This document shows positions 37,225 through 50,119 of a stretch of DNA of 64,000 bases, in pieces. How positions within the stretch are numbered: position 1 is the first letter of the stretch; every line of letters starts with the position of its first letter. This stretch comes from Sphaerodactylus townsendi. Taxonomy: Eukaryota. A program made the translations under genes and the position numbers. The notes below the pieces were generated by a model that saw only the letters and a list, made by a program, of their open reading frames with translations, was not told where the DNA came from and did not search any database. Location of the stretch: positions 30,318,001 through 30,382,000 of the forward strand of contig NC_059439.1 in assembly GCF_021028975.2 (NCBI RefSeq), written 5' to 3'.

Positions 37225-37355
37225 CCATATTTGTTCAGAAGGCGTCGAATTTCCTGTAAGGGCCTCTTCATGTTATCCGACAGTACTTCAACAAGTAGGG
37301 AGGAGCCCCCAGGACCACGCACTTCATACACCTGGTAGGAGGATTTCGATTTTTC
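37225..37355 (-). CDS. TACO1: TACO1 coding exon 3
   Basis: EKSKSSYQVYEVRGPGGSSLLVEVLSDN..IRRLLNKYG; AG/GT bounded. Confidence 0.93.
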
Positions 37356-37998
37356 CTGCCAAAAGGAAAACACAGCATCTTTTGAGGCCCCTGATACAAT
37401 GTTCTTCCTTGTGCTTAGGAGAACTAACTAAATCAGGGCCAAGGTTCAGTGTTAAGAGAGAGGTTTTTCTGGATTTTTACACACACACCCTTCTTTCCTG
37501 TAAGGAGACTCAAAGGGGCTTACAATCTCCTTTCCCTTCCCCCCCCCCCCCCCCCCACAACAAACACCCTGTGAAATGGGTGAGGCTGAGAGAGCTCCAA
37601 AGAGCTGTGACTCGCCCAAGATTACCCAGGTGGCATGTGTGGGAGTGCACAGGCTAATCTAGTTCCCCAGATAAGCCTCCACAGCTCAAGTGGCAGAGTG
37701 GGAAATCAAACCCGGTTCTCCAGATTAGAGCACACCTGCTCTTAACCACTATGCCACTGCCGTTCCTTAAGTGGACAGGAGGTTGGATCCAGCCACATTT
37801 TGCACTAGCAAGGGGGGGATAGGGATGGTGGTACTATCTGCAGTCTGTCTATGACAGGGGTCTGCAACCTGCGGCTCTCCAGATGTTCATGGACTACAAA
37901 TGACCATGCTGGCAGGGGCTGATGGGAATTGTAGTCCATGAACATCTGGAGAGCCGCAGGTTGCAGATCCCTGGTCTACGGAAAGTTCAGAAACATAC

Positions 37999-38105
37999 CT
38001 CAACACTGATAGCTCCTGCAATGGAGGCCTTCGGCATGTTCTTGCTACGACATTGCTCAATAACATTGGCTAAATTAGTGTTCAGCTCCGGATTGGGACC
38101 TCCTT
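37999..38105 (-). CDS. TACO1: TACO1 coding exon 2
   Basis: EGGPNPELNTNLANVIEQCRSKNMPKASIAGAISVE; AG/GT bounded, 107 bp. Confidence 0.93.
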
Positions 38106-38135
38106 CTGCCAAAGAGATGCAAAAAGACACTGCAG

Positions 38136-38136
<1 letters not shown>

Positions 38137-38208
<72 letters not shown>
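38137..38208. repeat. (TAT)n microsatellite
   Basis: About 24 perfect units, just upstream of the TACO1 exon 2 acceptor. Confidence 0.97.
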
Positions 38209-38209
<1 letters not shown>

Positions 38210-38724
38210 GCCTGCCGCCTTTAATCAACGAATCAGTTTTTGATCAACCAGTTGAAAGAACTATTGATCAACCACAAATATTATTTCAGTGAAAAATTCA
38301 TATTTAAAAATATGTTTTACAAATGAACACTTTAAAAGACTGTACATGGCAAACATCTTAGAAGAGGAATTCCCTCCATTTTTTTCCCACACAGAGAAGG
38401 GAACGCCTCTTCTAAGATGGTGTCCACAGTGACAAGTATTAAACATTAACTTGTTTTTCCCTTTGAAACTACTGTAGTTTCATGTGCAAGCATGTTGATT
38501 GAATAGAATAAAACGCACACCATTTGCGGATTCAGTAAAAATTGGGCATGAGCATTAATTATAATTCACGGCCATTGCGTTCACATCCTACATGTGAGCT
38601 CCCAAAGGCACCTGGTGGGCCACTGCGAGTAGCAGAGAGCTGGACTAGATGGACTTTGGTCTGATCCAGCTGGCTTGTTCTTATGTTCTTATGTTCTTAA
38701 TTGCATTCCGTCTTCTCTCATAGA

Positions 38725-39025
38725 GGAAGAAGAAGAGTTTGGATTTATATCCTCCCCTTTCTCTCCTGTAGGAGACTCAAAGGGGCTTACAATCTCTTTG
38801 CCCTTCCCCCCTCACAACAAACACCCTGTGAGGTAGGTGGGGCTGAGAGAGCTCCGAGAAGCTGTGACTAGCCCAAGGTCACCCAGCTGGCGTGTGTGGG
38901 AGTGCACAGGCTAATCTGAATTCCCCAGATAAGCCTCCACAGCTCAGGCGGCAGAGCTGGGAATCAAACCCGGTTCCTCCAGATTAGATACACGAGCTCT
39001 TAACCTCCTACGCCACTGCTGCTCC
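38725..39025 (-). mobile_element. Full-length young Squam3-like SINE
   Basis: Family consensus. More copies at about 39595-39888, 41012-41298, 42124-42298, 46500-46945, 47028-47193, 50822-51120, 55495-55788 and 58730-59021. Confidence 0.87.
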
Positions 39026-39952
39026 TTTTGATGCCCCCCCCCCACTCCTGATAGGAGTTCAAGACAGCAGTAAATGGGGTTGCCCGCTTTTAACCTCACA
39101 ATGACCCTGAGTAGGTTTGTTTCCTCACAGCCTGTACAGAATTTGGACACCTTGAAATTTCTTATTAAACAGTCTATTCTCTACTCAGCCCTGTTATTCA
39201 CTGCCACCCTCTCACCCGCATCTAGTCACTCCACTGAGCAGAATGGCTGTACAGATAGCAACACTGCCTTGTCTTTTGTTATTGTGGGGGATTTTAAGGG
39301 GTTTCGCTCGTGAGTGACAGGCCCAAGGCTGCTCAGTAAACTCCAGTGCTGAAGAAAAACATGACCTCCTGTTTCTCTGGCCCAAGTCTAAGGCCCCTTC
39401 CGCACACGCAAAATAATGCGTTTTCAAACCACTTTCACAACTGTTTGCAAGTGGATTTTGCCATTCCGCACAGCTTCAAAGAGCACTGAAAGCAGTTTGA
39501 AAGTGCATTATTCTGCATGTGCGGAATGAGCCTAACACTATAATACCACTGGTTGACCAGAGCAGAAGGCAAGAAGTGAAATGAGGGTTACTACAAGAAG
39601 AAAAAGAAGAAGAGTTTGGATTTATACCCCACCTTTCTCTTCTTTAAGGAGACTCAAGGTGGCTGACAAGCTCCTTTCCCTTCCTCTCCCCACAACAGAC
39701 ACCTTGTGAAGCTGGTGGGGCTGAGAGAGTTTGGAGAGAATTGGAACTCGCCCAAGGTCACCCAGCAGGAATGTAGGAATGTGGAAACACATCTGGTTCC
39801 CCGGATAAGCCTCTCAGGCAGAGGAGTGGGGAATCAAACCTGGTTCTCCAGATTAGAATCCACCTGCTCTTAACCACTACACCATGCTATATCTTCCATC
39901 AGCATAGAATTCAGGGTCCTTGGGAATCTCAGTGGGGGAGGGGGGGTCGTAC

Positions 39953-40170
39953 CTCTTACAGCCAGTTTTATCATCATGGAGAGCTTCTGAAAGACGCGGC
40001 TTCGAGCCGTATCCTTGGGTCCCTTAACGTTTTTTTACTTTGGACCACTTGTTGTGTCCGGCAAACACAGCACAAGAGGCATGGATGCTGCAACTGGGAT
40101 GCTCCAGGGATGCCCAAAGGTGTTGGCGAAGGAGGACATTAACCCGCATAAGGGGGCCACCTACAGACAT
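39953..40170 (-). CDS. TACO1: TACO1 coding exon 1 (+1 frameshift in an A7 run as assembled)
   Basis: MSVGGPLMRVNVLLRQHLW..AGHNKWSKVK / NVKGPKDTARSRVFQKLSMMIKLAVR; donor G|GTACG. Confidence 0.88.
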
Positions 40171-40308
40171 GGCTTGAGTAGGACAAAAAGTGTGTAAAGT
40201 CAGATCTCAGAAGTCGCAACCCATCCATGAAATAGGTCATCCATTAGCATAGAGCATTTCAAACATGCCGCTTTAAACTACAGAAGGTGCTGCAAAGAGC
40301 CTATATAC

Positions 40309-40820
40309 CAGTGGTGGCGAACCTATGGCACGGGTGCCAGAGGTGGCACTCAGAGCCCTCTCTGTGGGCACGCGCAAACAGAGTAACCACCCCCCCCCCC
40401 CAACGCACATCTATGCTGGCCTGGGCTGCTGGGCTCGATTATTAGCATTAAACTTAAGACCAAGTTTTGGGGAAGCAGTGTTGGTAACCCTGTTAAGCGC
40501 TGTTAAACCCCGCTGATTTTCATGCAAAGAACTAAGGTGCAATCCCTTACCTGGGAGTAAGCTCGGTTGCTGGCAATGGGGCTTGCTTCTGAGTAAATCC
40601 TCCTAAATTCGTGATTCACCCATTGGAAGAGTTGCACGGTTGCTTCAAAGCAAAGCCACCAACTACCACTCCTGAGTAACGCACGCCTCGGAGCCAACAG
40701 TTTTTTCTAAACTAAAGCCTCAGCATTCAGGTTAAATTGCCGTGTTGGCACTTTGCGATAAATAAATGGGTTTTGGGTTACAATTTGGGCACTCGATCTC
40801 AAAAAGGTTCACCATCACTG
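40309..40820. mobile_element. Non-autonomous hAT element (512 bp)
   Basis: TIRs CAGTGGTGGCGAACC / GGTTCACCATCACTG; perfect 8-bp TSD CTATATAC. Confidence 0.88.
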
Positions 40821-41929
40821 CTATATACCTTTCCTGGACCGTCTTTGTTCTAGAATGCCCCACTTGGGTCCTAGTTCCTTGGGGACAGAACTAGGTAGGC
40901 ACCGGGACCCAAACGGAGCATTCTAGAACAAAGATGGTCCAGAAAATGGTGGATGAATTCTCAAATCTCCTGTCATCTTTATGGTGGAAAAGGCATAGCA
41001 AAGAGAAGGAGAGAAGATGAGTTTGGATTTATACCCCACCTTTCTCTCCTGCAAGGAAACTCAAGGTGGCTTACAAGCTCCTTTCCCTTCCTCTCCCCAC
41101 AACAGACACCTTGTGAGGTAGGTGGGGCTGAGAGAGCTGTCACTATCCCAAGGTACACCCAGCAGGAATATAGGAGTGCAGAAACACATCTGGTTCACCA
41201 GATAAGCCTCTGCCACTCAGGGGGAGGAGTGGGGAGTCAAACCCGGTTCTCCAGATTAGAATCCACCTGCTCTTAAACACTACACCGTACTGGCTCTCAG
41301 TAAAAGCTTGCTTCAAATCCTTCTAGTGTTTCAGTGACCTAGCAACCTTCTCTCCATAATGAGAGAATAATACTGGCCAACCTCGCAGGATTGATTCTAT
41401 AAAGGAAGCCACATCTCTCAGTCTGCAAGACCTGGGCCAGGCTGTTAAGGGGAGGGCGCTTTGGAGGACTCATAATGTTGCCATGAGCTGAACGTAACCT
41501 GTCAGCACCCACCTGGCAGGGTTGTTGTAAAGACGACAAGATCATAAATGAAAAACACTCTGCACACTAAGGCGGCACTGTGTCTGTGCTCAGCATTATT
41601 ATTAAATTCTGGAATCGATTCTAACATAAATGGAAATCAACCCATAAAGATCTAGAAATCATCATATGCATAAACTCCCACCAGATATTGGGAAATCGGT
41701 TTTTTAAAAATACACAAAGTAATCGCCACATGTGCAAGAGAGAGTTTAAGTTTATTAAGGCGTGCACGGACCAAAACATCCTATCGATTCCTCTCCTTTC
41801 CAGCAAAGAAAACTCAAATGATGATCCAGCCCTGCTTCTGTACTCACGAGCCTTAGAGAACAGGGTACACGTGTACTAGAAGATTCAGAACGGAATCTCC
41901 GCTTGCTTGTAACTAATACACGTGAAAGG

Positions 41930-42120
41930 GAAACAGATCTTAAGGGCGTGCACTTCCGAGCCCGGAAGACCCCCGCCTCCAGCACCGGCATTTCTTTGCC
42001 CCCTTTTCCCTTCCCAGGCAAGTCCCGACTCACCCATCTAAAGCTCCTGCAATGACCCCCAGAATTCTTCCTGTCCTGGCTCCGCCCCCAGCAGGCGGTG
42101 CTTGCGGTTAACCCTTTCTT
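41930..42120 (-). promoter_or_regulatory. Probable TACO1 promoter / non-coding first exon
   Basis: CpG patch with ETS sites (ACTTCCG, CCGGAAG), a GC box CTCCGCCCCC and a donor GATGG|GTGAGT on - near 42030. Confidence 0.5.
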
Positions 42121-43074
42121 GTCAGAGGAGGAGGAGAAGGAGAAGGAGAAGAAGGAGGAGGAGGAGGAGGAGGAGTTTGGATTTATACCCCACCTTTCTC
42201 TCCTATAGGGAGACTCAAGGTGGCTCCTTTCCCTTCCTCTCCCCTCAACAGACCCCTTGTGAGGCAGGTGGGGCTGAAAGAGTTCCGAGAGAACTGTGCT
42301 GGAACAAATTGTGCATTTTCTCTCGCTTCTGCAATGGACAATAACTGGGGAAAATGTTTTACTGAAGGTGCAACAGTAGTGCTGGATCGAAGTAAGGCCC
42401 CTTCCGCACATGCAGAATAATGCACTTTCAATCCACTTTCACAATTGGTTGCAAGTGGATTTTGCTATTCCGCACAGTAAAATCCAGCTGCAAAGTGGAT
42501 TGAAAGTGCATTATTCTGCACGTGCGGAAGAGGCCTTAGTGTGCAGACTGATTCTCTCTCGGTTCATTCAGCACAGCCTCTACTCAAGTCACTCTCCAGT
42601 GTTAACCAATCACCTCGCTCTCTCATCCCTCTTTCAAGCCCTGCAATTACCTCACAATTTAAGCAAACATACATATAACATTTTGAAACATTCCAATTTT
42701 CTTTTTTCAGCTTTTTAAAAAACATCTGGAGATGAGCCCTGTAGCAGTACAGGGTCGTAACGGCACCATTCCATTGAGGCCCAGCTGTTTCCATGTTTCC
42801 CCCGTGAGTATGTGCTGCTCCACTGTAGGTGTGAAGTATTGTGACTATCACCATCATTTACTGGCCCACCATCTGACAGTTAGTGCTATTTATTAAATGT
42901 ATTAAATATTTGTTAGATTTTAATTGGGCACTTTTAATTATAACTGAATTAATTATATTATCAATTTTAGATCGTTACTCGGTTTTCCAATTTTACGGGT
43001 CTGTGTATGCTGAGACACTTTTATTGTATTGTTGCTGATCTGTAAATCGCCCCGAGCCAGTTCTGGGAGGGGCG

Positions 43075-43371
43075 NNNNNNNNNNNNNNNNNNNNNNNNNN
43101 NNNNNNNNNNNNNNNNNNNNNNNNNNNNNNNNNNNNNNNNNNNNNNNNNNNNNNNNNNNNNNNNNNNNNNNNNNNNNNNNNNNNNNNNNNNNNNNNNNNN
43201 NNNNNNNNNNNNNNNNNNNNNNNNNNNNNNNNNNNNNNNNNNNNNNNNNNNNNNNNNNNNNNNNNNNNNNNNNNNNNNNNNNNNNNNNNNNNNNNNNNNN
43301 NNNNNNNNNNNNNNNNNNNNNNNNNNNNNNNNNNNNNNNNNNNNNNNNNNNNNNNNNNNNNNNNNNNNNNN
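43075..43371. other. Assembly gap (N run)
   Basis: 297 Ns. Confidence 1.
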
Positions 43372-44012
43372 GGCATTATAGTACTCATCTTAGAATGTTT
43401 TTTAGAAAGCCAAAAAGTAACATCCTGCCAAAAAAGGCAGGAAAATAATAGCAGCTCTGTTTGAACTGGCTAGAGCACTTCAAAGATGGCTCCTAGATGG
43501 ATCGAAAGGAGCTGCATGAATGCCCATCTCTGTATCGCTTTACTCAGAAATGGGCCAAGCAATGGATGACATCCGGTTTAGATTGGTTCCCATTTTCATC
43601 AAATCTTGTCCCACAAGAGAAATTTTGCAGGAACAGTCCTGACCTAGATTCCCTTGGGTTAGTTTGATCTCATCTAGCTGAACCTCTGCCTTTTCCGTTG
43701 ATCTCTTCTTCCGTATTTCGAAAAACCCAGATCTGACCCTGGAAACAGTTACTGTCTATGTCATACATTTGCTGACATTTTCTCTTCCCTGAAAATACGT
43801 TGATTGAGTAGAACGTGTCCCGAAGGTTACTACAGCGAGTTTCTTAGAATCTTGGGGTGGGGATTAAAGGGAGGAATACAGAAGGAGAGGGTGGTCTTTT
43901 TCTACGTTTTGCAGTTTATGCCAGCTGTGTCAAGCATGCGGCCTGGGGTCCAAATCCGGCCTTTTGAGGAGGATTATCAGGCTCGTGAGCCAGTGGAAGC
44001 AACCTTTCCCCC

Positions 44013-44560
44013 CCTGCTCCAGATTGTGAGCGAATCCCCCTTGCTCCAGATGGTGAGCGAATCCCCCTTGCTCCAGATGGTGAATCCCCCCTTGTTCTAG
44101 ATTGTGAGCGAATCCCCCTTGCTCTAGATCGTGAGCGAATCCCCCCTTGTTCTAGATTGGCTTGAGATCCCCTTGCTCTAGATGGGTGAGAATCCCCTTG
44201 CTAGGTGTGAGCTAATCTTGCCTGGTCCTAGAAACGTGGTGGTGAACCTTTGGCACTCCAGATGTTATGGACTACAATTCCCATCAGCCCCTGCCAGCAT
44301 GGTCAATTGGCCATGCTGGCAGGGGAAAAACTGATATAACTATCTGGAAGTCTCTCCTGTAATATAAGGTTAAGCCACCATGGTTCTAGATTGTGAGCAA
44401 TCCCCTGCTCTAGATTGTGAAGCGAATCCCCCCTTGCTCCTAGATGCATTGGCCCAGATCCCTAGATTGTAGTGAGGAATCCCCTCAGCCAGGTTGTGAG
44501 CGAATCCCTCCTTGCTCCAGATTGTGAGCAAATCCCCCTTGCTCCAGATTGTGAGCAAAG
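44013..44560. repeat. Minisatellite of about 27 bp (CTCCAGATTGTGAGCGAATCCCCCTTG), interrupted by a MITE fragment
   Basis: Tandem units at about 44013-44200 and 44383-44560, probably inside a hAT-like element starting near 43922. Confidence 0.85.
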
Positions 44561-44748
44561 GCAGGGTTGCCTTAGCTGGCTCATGGGTCTGATTAACCCT
44601 AAGCCCCCCTTCCTGCTGCAGGCTCACCAGTCCAGGTACCCCCCAGAACCATTCTGGGGCCAGCCGAGGCAGGTCCCCCCCCCAAAAAAAGCCTGTCCCA
44701 ACCAAGTCACATTTATGTCATATCCAGCCCTTGTAACTACAGCTCTGG

Positions 44749-44936
44749 NNNNNNNNNNNNNNNNNNNNNNNNNNNNNNNNNNNNNNNNNNNNNNNNNNNN
44801 NNNNNNNNNNNNNNNNNNNNNNNNNNNNNNNNNNNNNNNNNNNNNNNNNNNNNNNNNNNNNNNNNNNNNNNNNNNNNNNNNNNNNNNNNNNNNNNNNNNN
44901 NNNNNNNNNNNNNNNNNNNNNNNNNNNNNNNNNNNN
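44749..44936. other. Assembly gap (N run)
   Basis: 188 Ns. Confidence 1.
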
Positions 44937-47790
44937 ATGGCAACTCTGTGAATGAATGACCTCCCAGACGTTCTATGATTAATAGCCTTGCTTAGGTCTC
45001 ACAGTCGGAGGGGCTGCCCTCTAGCAGCTGTCTATTGGCCAGAGCCGGGCTGAGCTGTGAGCCAAAGTAAGCAGGGCAAAGAGAAGCAAAACAAAACAAC
45101 AAAAAGAAAGGAAGGGAGGAAGAAAGAGGGTGGCACACTTTGCCCGGTGCCTTTCTGAGTGACAGGCTCCCCAGCCTATCCCGAAGCCAGAGAGGGGTCT
45201 TGAAATAACCTCCTCCGGGCACATACCATTGGACAGTGCCATAAGCAAGATCAGTCCCTTTCTGAAAACAGGACTGTGGGAGGAAAAAAGAAGAGATCAA
45301 AGGGACAGATCTCACCAAGAAAGGAAAGAGAGGAAATTGCAGGTAAGGCAGAGGGGCTGGATTTGGGAGGAGGGGGCACTGTGAGAGGGGGAGGAAACAC
45401 ATCCAGGGAAGTAGAAAGGGGAAATGCCGCAGAAGAGGCTGCTCTGTGACTCACGCAGAGCTGCGACTGGGGAAGTGGAGCAATCCCCTGGACGAACAAA
45501 ATGCAGGCAGAAAGTGGAGCGTGTGTGAATGGAGGGAGGCGCAAGGAGATCTGGGAAATAACCTAGATCAGATGAGTGAATCCTGTCTGCTGGAAGCAGC
45601 TCTGTGGAGGAAGAAGGTACATTTTTTAATGTATTAGCTCAAAATGCATTGTGGGAGAACAGAAAAAGCTATGCCTGGAGGAGCCGTTGGTCTCCCAAGT
45701 GGGTGGAATATGGGGGATTGTTATACGCTGGGAGTTAGTTGCTGTAAGTTGCAGGTTCCCACAAAGGGGCCATACAGTGAGTGTAAGGGCTGAAAGGGAG
45801 ATGGCTGGGGGGTTACCATGGTTGCCCGGGGCTGGGGGAACGTGGCCCCAGGCACAAACACAAGCATCAAGGAAGCAAGTGACATATTAACACCTGGGTA
45901 TGCCTGTGGGATTGGCATACAGGGAGAATTAGCATTTGGGCACAGGGGGTGGGAAGAGGAAGGTGAGGATTTATCGGTTATAGGAGGGAGGGAGGGAATG
46001 TCAGAGAGAGGTTGTTTCGGGAAAGGGGGGAGCGAGATCTGCTTGGCCAGCCATTGCCTGTCTCTCCCAGATTATCCTACCTTGCAGGGTCATCAGGAAG
46101 ATAAAAAGCTACTGTGAACTTCTGGGTAGAAGGGAGGGGTACAAATGTGGTAAATATATTTCTTATGTGGAAATATCCTGAGGTTATGAAGTTCTGAGAG
46201 AATACCTAGGAACAGCATAGAAGTCCCCTTGATCTCCCCACTTCGTGACAATATTTTCTTAAGGGACAAATCCTTAGGCAGTGCTGAGAGGGATATGTAA
46301 CTAACCGTTGTGTGATTCCGGCTCAGCAATGTGAATAAAGAAATGGCAGGCTGATGCATGCATAAATGCTGCAATGTGAACCCAGGCAGAGGTAGAATAG
46401 CAATCTGTGGCGTGCACTGTTGTAGAGCCAATACATGGAAGCATCTGGTAGTGTATCAAAGGAATTGGGAGAGAGGATCACCTGGTAACAAAGGGGGGCT
46501 TGCGTGGTATAGTGGTTAAAAGTGGTAGATTTTAACCTGGGAACAGGGTTTGTTTTCCTGCTCCTCCACATGAGCAGCGGACTCTAATCTGGTGATCTGG
46601 ATTTGTGTCCCCATTCCTCCACATGAAGTTTGCTGGGTGACCTTGAGCTAGTCACAGTTCTCTCAGAGCTCTCTCAGCCCCACATAGCTCACAAGGTCTG
46701 TCTGTTGTAGGGAGGGGCAGGGAAGGCAACTGTAAGTCACTTTGAGACTCTTTAAACATTGGCCCCTTCCACACACGCAAAATAATGCATTTTCAAACCA
46801 CTTTCACAACTGTTTGCAAGTGGATTTTGCTTTTCCGCACAGCTTCAAAGAGCATTGAAAGCAGTTTGAAAGTGCATTATTCTGCATGTGCGGAATGAGC
46901 CATTGAGAAAAGTGGGGTATTTAAAAAAAACTCTTCAGTTCTTCTGCTTTGTGGTGGGAGGGTGGGATATAAATTCAAACAAATAAACAAAAGCCCCGAG
47001 GTACCCCAGTTCTCATGACAAGTGTATCTGGGTGACCTTGGGCTAGTCACAGCTTCTCGGAGCTCTCTCAGCCCCACCTACCTCACAGGGTGTTTGTTGT
47101 GAGGGGGGAAGGGCAAGAAGATTGTAAGCCCCTTTGAGTCTCCTACAGGAGAGAAAGGGGGGATATAAATCCAAACTCTTCTTCTTCTTCTTCTTTCCCT
47201 TCAGATCTCTACAAACACAATTTTAATATTTTCCCCAAGCTATTGGGTTTTATTATTTACGCTTAATCAAAGTACCAAAAAAAACCTTTATTAGGTAGGC
47301 ATAAATACCAAAAAGACAAAAAATCACAGCAGGGAAAGACGAACAAATCAAATACAAAATAGGTTAAATATCTCTTACCGTCAGGACCTGCAGTAGAAAC
47401 TGGGCTGTTTTCCCCAGCACCATAGGATCATTACTATTCAGTAGTTTTACAATGCTCGCTTTTGGAGAACAGCTACGTATAGTCCGCAATGTTAAAGCAT
47501 CCCTGAGAAGCTTATATTTTGGCCATCTGTCTACAGATTAAACATTTTGCCCCTTTTGCTCTTTTTGGATAGAAAGAGAACATTTTGAAGCCTTCGGTTC
47601 GTCAGACAAGACTGTCCCTCCGCTGTTTTTGAGCACATTCTGTGGTAACCATGTCAGAAGACCAACACTGATCATTTCAGTCCCGTCACTCTGAGCCCAG
47701 CGCACGAAGCTGGCATCTGGGTGCAGCCCAGCAACTCCCCGAGAAACAGATTTCACTGGTCCAAGGCACGGAGTTGGACAGACTGAGAAA

Positions 47791-48660
47791 ATGGCTGCCG
47801 AGGTAAACACCGTACCTATGCTCGTTGTTCATGTTCTGCCAGAACCAGCCCCTGAGGAGGCCGACGCCTTAGAAAGGTTGGCCATCCTGCCCAGTTTGGT
47901 GCAATGTGGCACAATTGAAGAGCTACTCCATTGTGTGGCTCCGGAGCAGGTGCATGCTGGGATGACACAGTGCTGGGAAGACTCTTGGGAGCAAATACTA
48001 CAAGCCATGGGAACCCAATCCTTGCCGTGTATCTCTGGGAGTGAAAAGCCGGAGCCCGAGGAAGTCCAGTGCCCTCCAATGTGCTCGGAACCAGCAAGAA
48101 CATCTCAAGAAGATCTGACAGACATAGATGACTCTTCTGAGGCAGTGCCAACATTGTCGCTCTCGTTTAACAACACGTGGGTGCTGAACTTGCACCTGGA
48201 GGACGATATCGAGGCCTACCTGGACGCATTTGAAAGGATAGCGTGTTCCTCCCAATGGCCCAGGGAGGAATGGGTCGCCCGGCTGAAACCATGTCTGAGC
48301 GGCCAAGCTCTTCTGGCCTGCAATGTCCCCGAGTCCCTCTCTACTCAAGACTACAACCTAGCGAAGGAGAGAATCTTGAACCTGTATGGCGTCACTCCAG
48401 AGAAACAACGTCGGTGCTTCAGGCAGTTCCAATACCAGGAGGCTGGGGGCCCCCGAGAGGCGTACGGGAAGCTCCGGACGCTCGGCCACCGCTGGCTGAA
48501 GCCAGAGAAACACACCAAGGAGGAGATCTTGGAGCTGCTGTTCCTGGAGCAGTTCCTGTCAATCCTGCCGCAGGAAATGCAAAGCTGGGTCAGGGAATGC
48601 GGCCCCGACACCTGTGCCCAGGCGGTGGATCTTGCCGAAAGCTTCCAGCTGGGAAAGCAG
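47791..48660 (+). CDS. SCAN-KRAB-C2H2 gene, coding exon 1 (Gag-capsid-like extension plus SCAN)
   Basis: DDIEAYLDAFERIA..WPREEW..LSGQA..DY then SCAN (RRCFRQFQYQEAGGPRE..WLKPEKHTKEEILELLFLEQFLSILP); phase-0 donor CAG|GTAACT. Confidence 0.92.
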
Positions 48661-49417
48661 GTAACTGAGGGGAAGGAGGGAGAGATGGAGAGAAGTTGCT
48701 GCTCCCTACGAGAAAGGAGGCCTTCATGTATTCGTTTCTTCCCAGGTGGGATCTGAGGATGTCTCCGAATTACAGCTCGTCTTCAGATTACAGAGAAAAT
48801 GCATGTTTTGGAGGGTGGATTCAATGGGGAAGCTGCAGTGGTGGGATCCAAAAATTTTAGTAACAGGTTCCCATGGTGGTGGGATTCAAACTGTGGCGTA
48901 GAGCCAATGGGGCTTGGCGGGGCACGACGGGGGCGTGGCCGGACATTCCGGGGGTGGGGCATTCTTGGGCGGGGCTGTGGTAAGGACGCAGCCGCTGTGC
49001 CGGTCCTTGGGCAGGAAACAAATGCACGCAGGCGCAGGCTGCCACGCACGCCGGTGCACCTCCTGCTAGACTGCTTCAAGTTCTGCGCGCTACTGCTGAG
49101 AGGAGGGGTGTAACTAAGGCAAAAATCACGTGGCAAAATCACCAATTAGTAACCCCCTCTCGGCACACACAAATAATTAGTAACCTACTCTCGGGAACCT
49201 GTGAGAACCTGCTGGATCCCACCTCTGGAAAGCTGGCTGGATCCAATCTTCTATGTCTGGGGACACTGTCTAGATCCCATAGCTGAGTTGGGGCTGGCTG
49301 CTGTGTCAGAAGGCTGGGGAAAGGGGCCTTTCCGTCAGTGTATTTTGGGTCTGGCGGAGTTTGGCTTGTGCGTTCCCGCTCCATTTCTGAACAGGTTCTT
49401 CTTTTCTCCTCTGAAAG

Positions 49418-49544
49418 CCAGCGGTGCCGTTCAGAGAGGTCTGCGTGAAGTTTGCTGATGACGAGTGGTCCTTGCTGTCCGAGGAGCAGAAAACGTTGTA
49501 CTGCGAGGTCATGCTGGAGAACTTCCAGAACGTGTCTACACTGG
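49418..49544 (+). CDS. KRAB-A exon
   Basis: 127-bp exon PAVPFREVCVKFADDEWSLLSEEQKTLYCEVMLENFQNVSTLG; AG/GT bounded, phase 0 to 1. Confidence 0.92.
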
Positions 49545-50119
49545 GTGAGAATCGGCCTGGTCGCTAGGCAACAAGCACCAGGGGTGACCCTTTCCTATTT
49601 CCGTCATCAACCTGGAGGCCTAACGATGCAATACACTGGCTTAGATCCATTCAGCCTTTTCACATAGGCCCCTTCTGCACATGCAGAATAATGCACGTTC
49701 AATCCACTTTCAATGCACTTTGCAGCTGTGCGGAATAGCAAAATCCACTAGCAAACAATTGTATTATTTTTCACCAGTGTATTGTGAAAGTGTATTGTCG
49801 AAGGCTTTCACGGCTGGATTCAAGTGGTTGTGGTGGGTTTTCCGGACTGTGTGACCGTAGTCTGGTGGATCTTGTTCCAAAGGTTAGGAACAAGGTCCAC
49901 CAGACCACAGCCACACAGCCTGGAAAACTTACCACAACCAATTGTGAAAATAGACTGAAAGTGCATTATTCTGCATGTGCGGAAGGGGCCACAGTCTCTA
50001 TTGCATATGACAACTCCCATCTGACAATGGTTTGGGTACATGTAGGTCAAAGAGGATGCCTTGGTACTTTTTTGCCAGTAGAAAAGTTGGTTGGATCCAA
50101 CCCACTTTTCCCTGTCAAG

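Noticed and set aside
42993-44951. ORFs containing X runs
   Set aside because: Artefacts of N-gaps.
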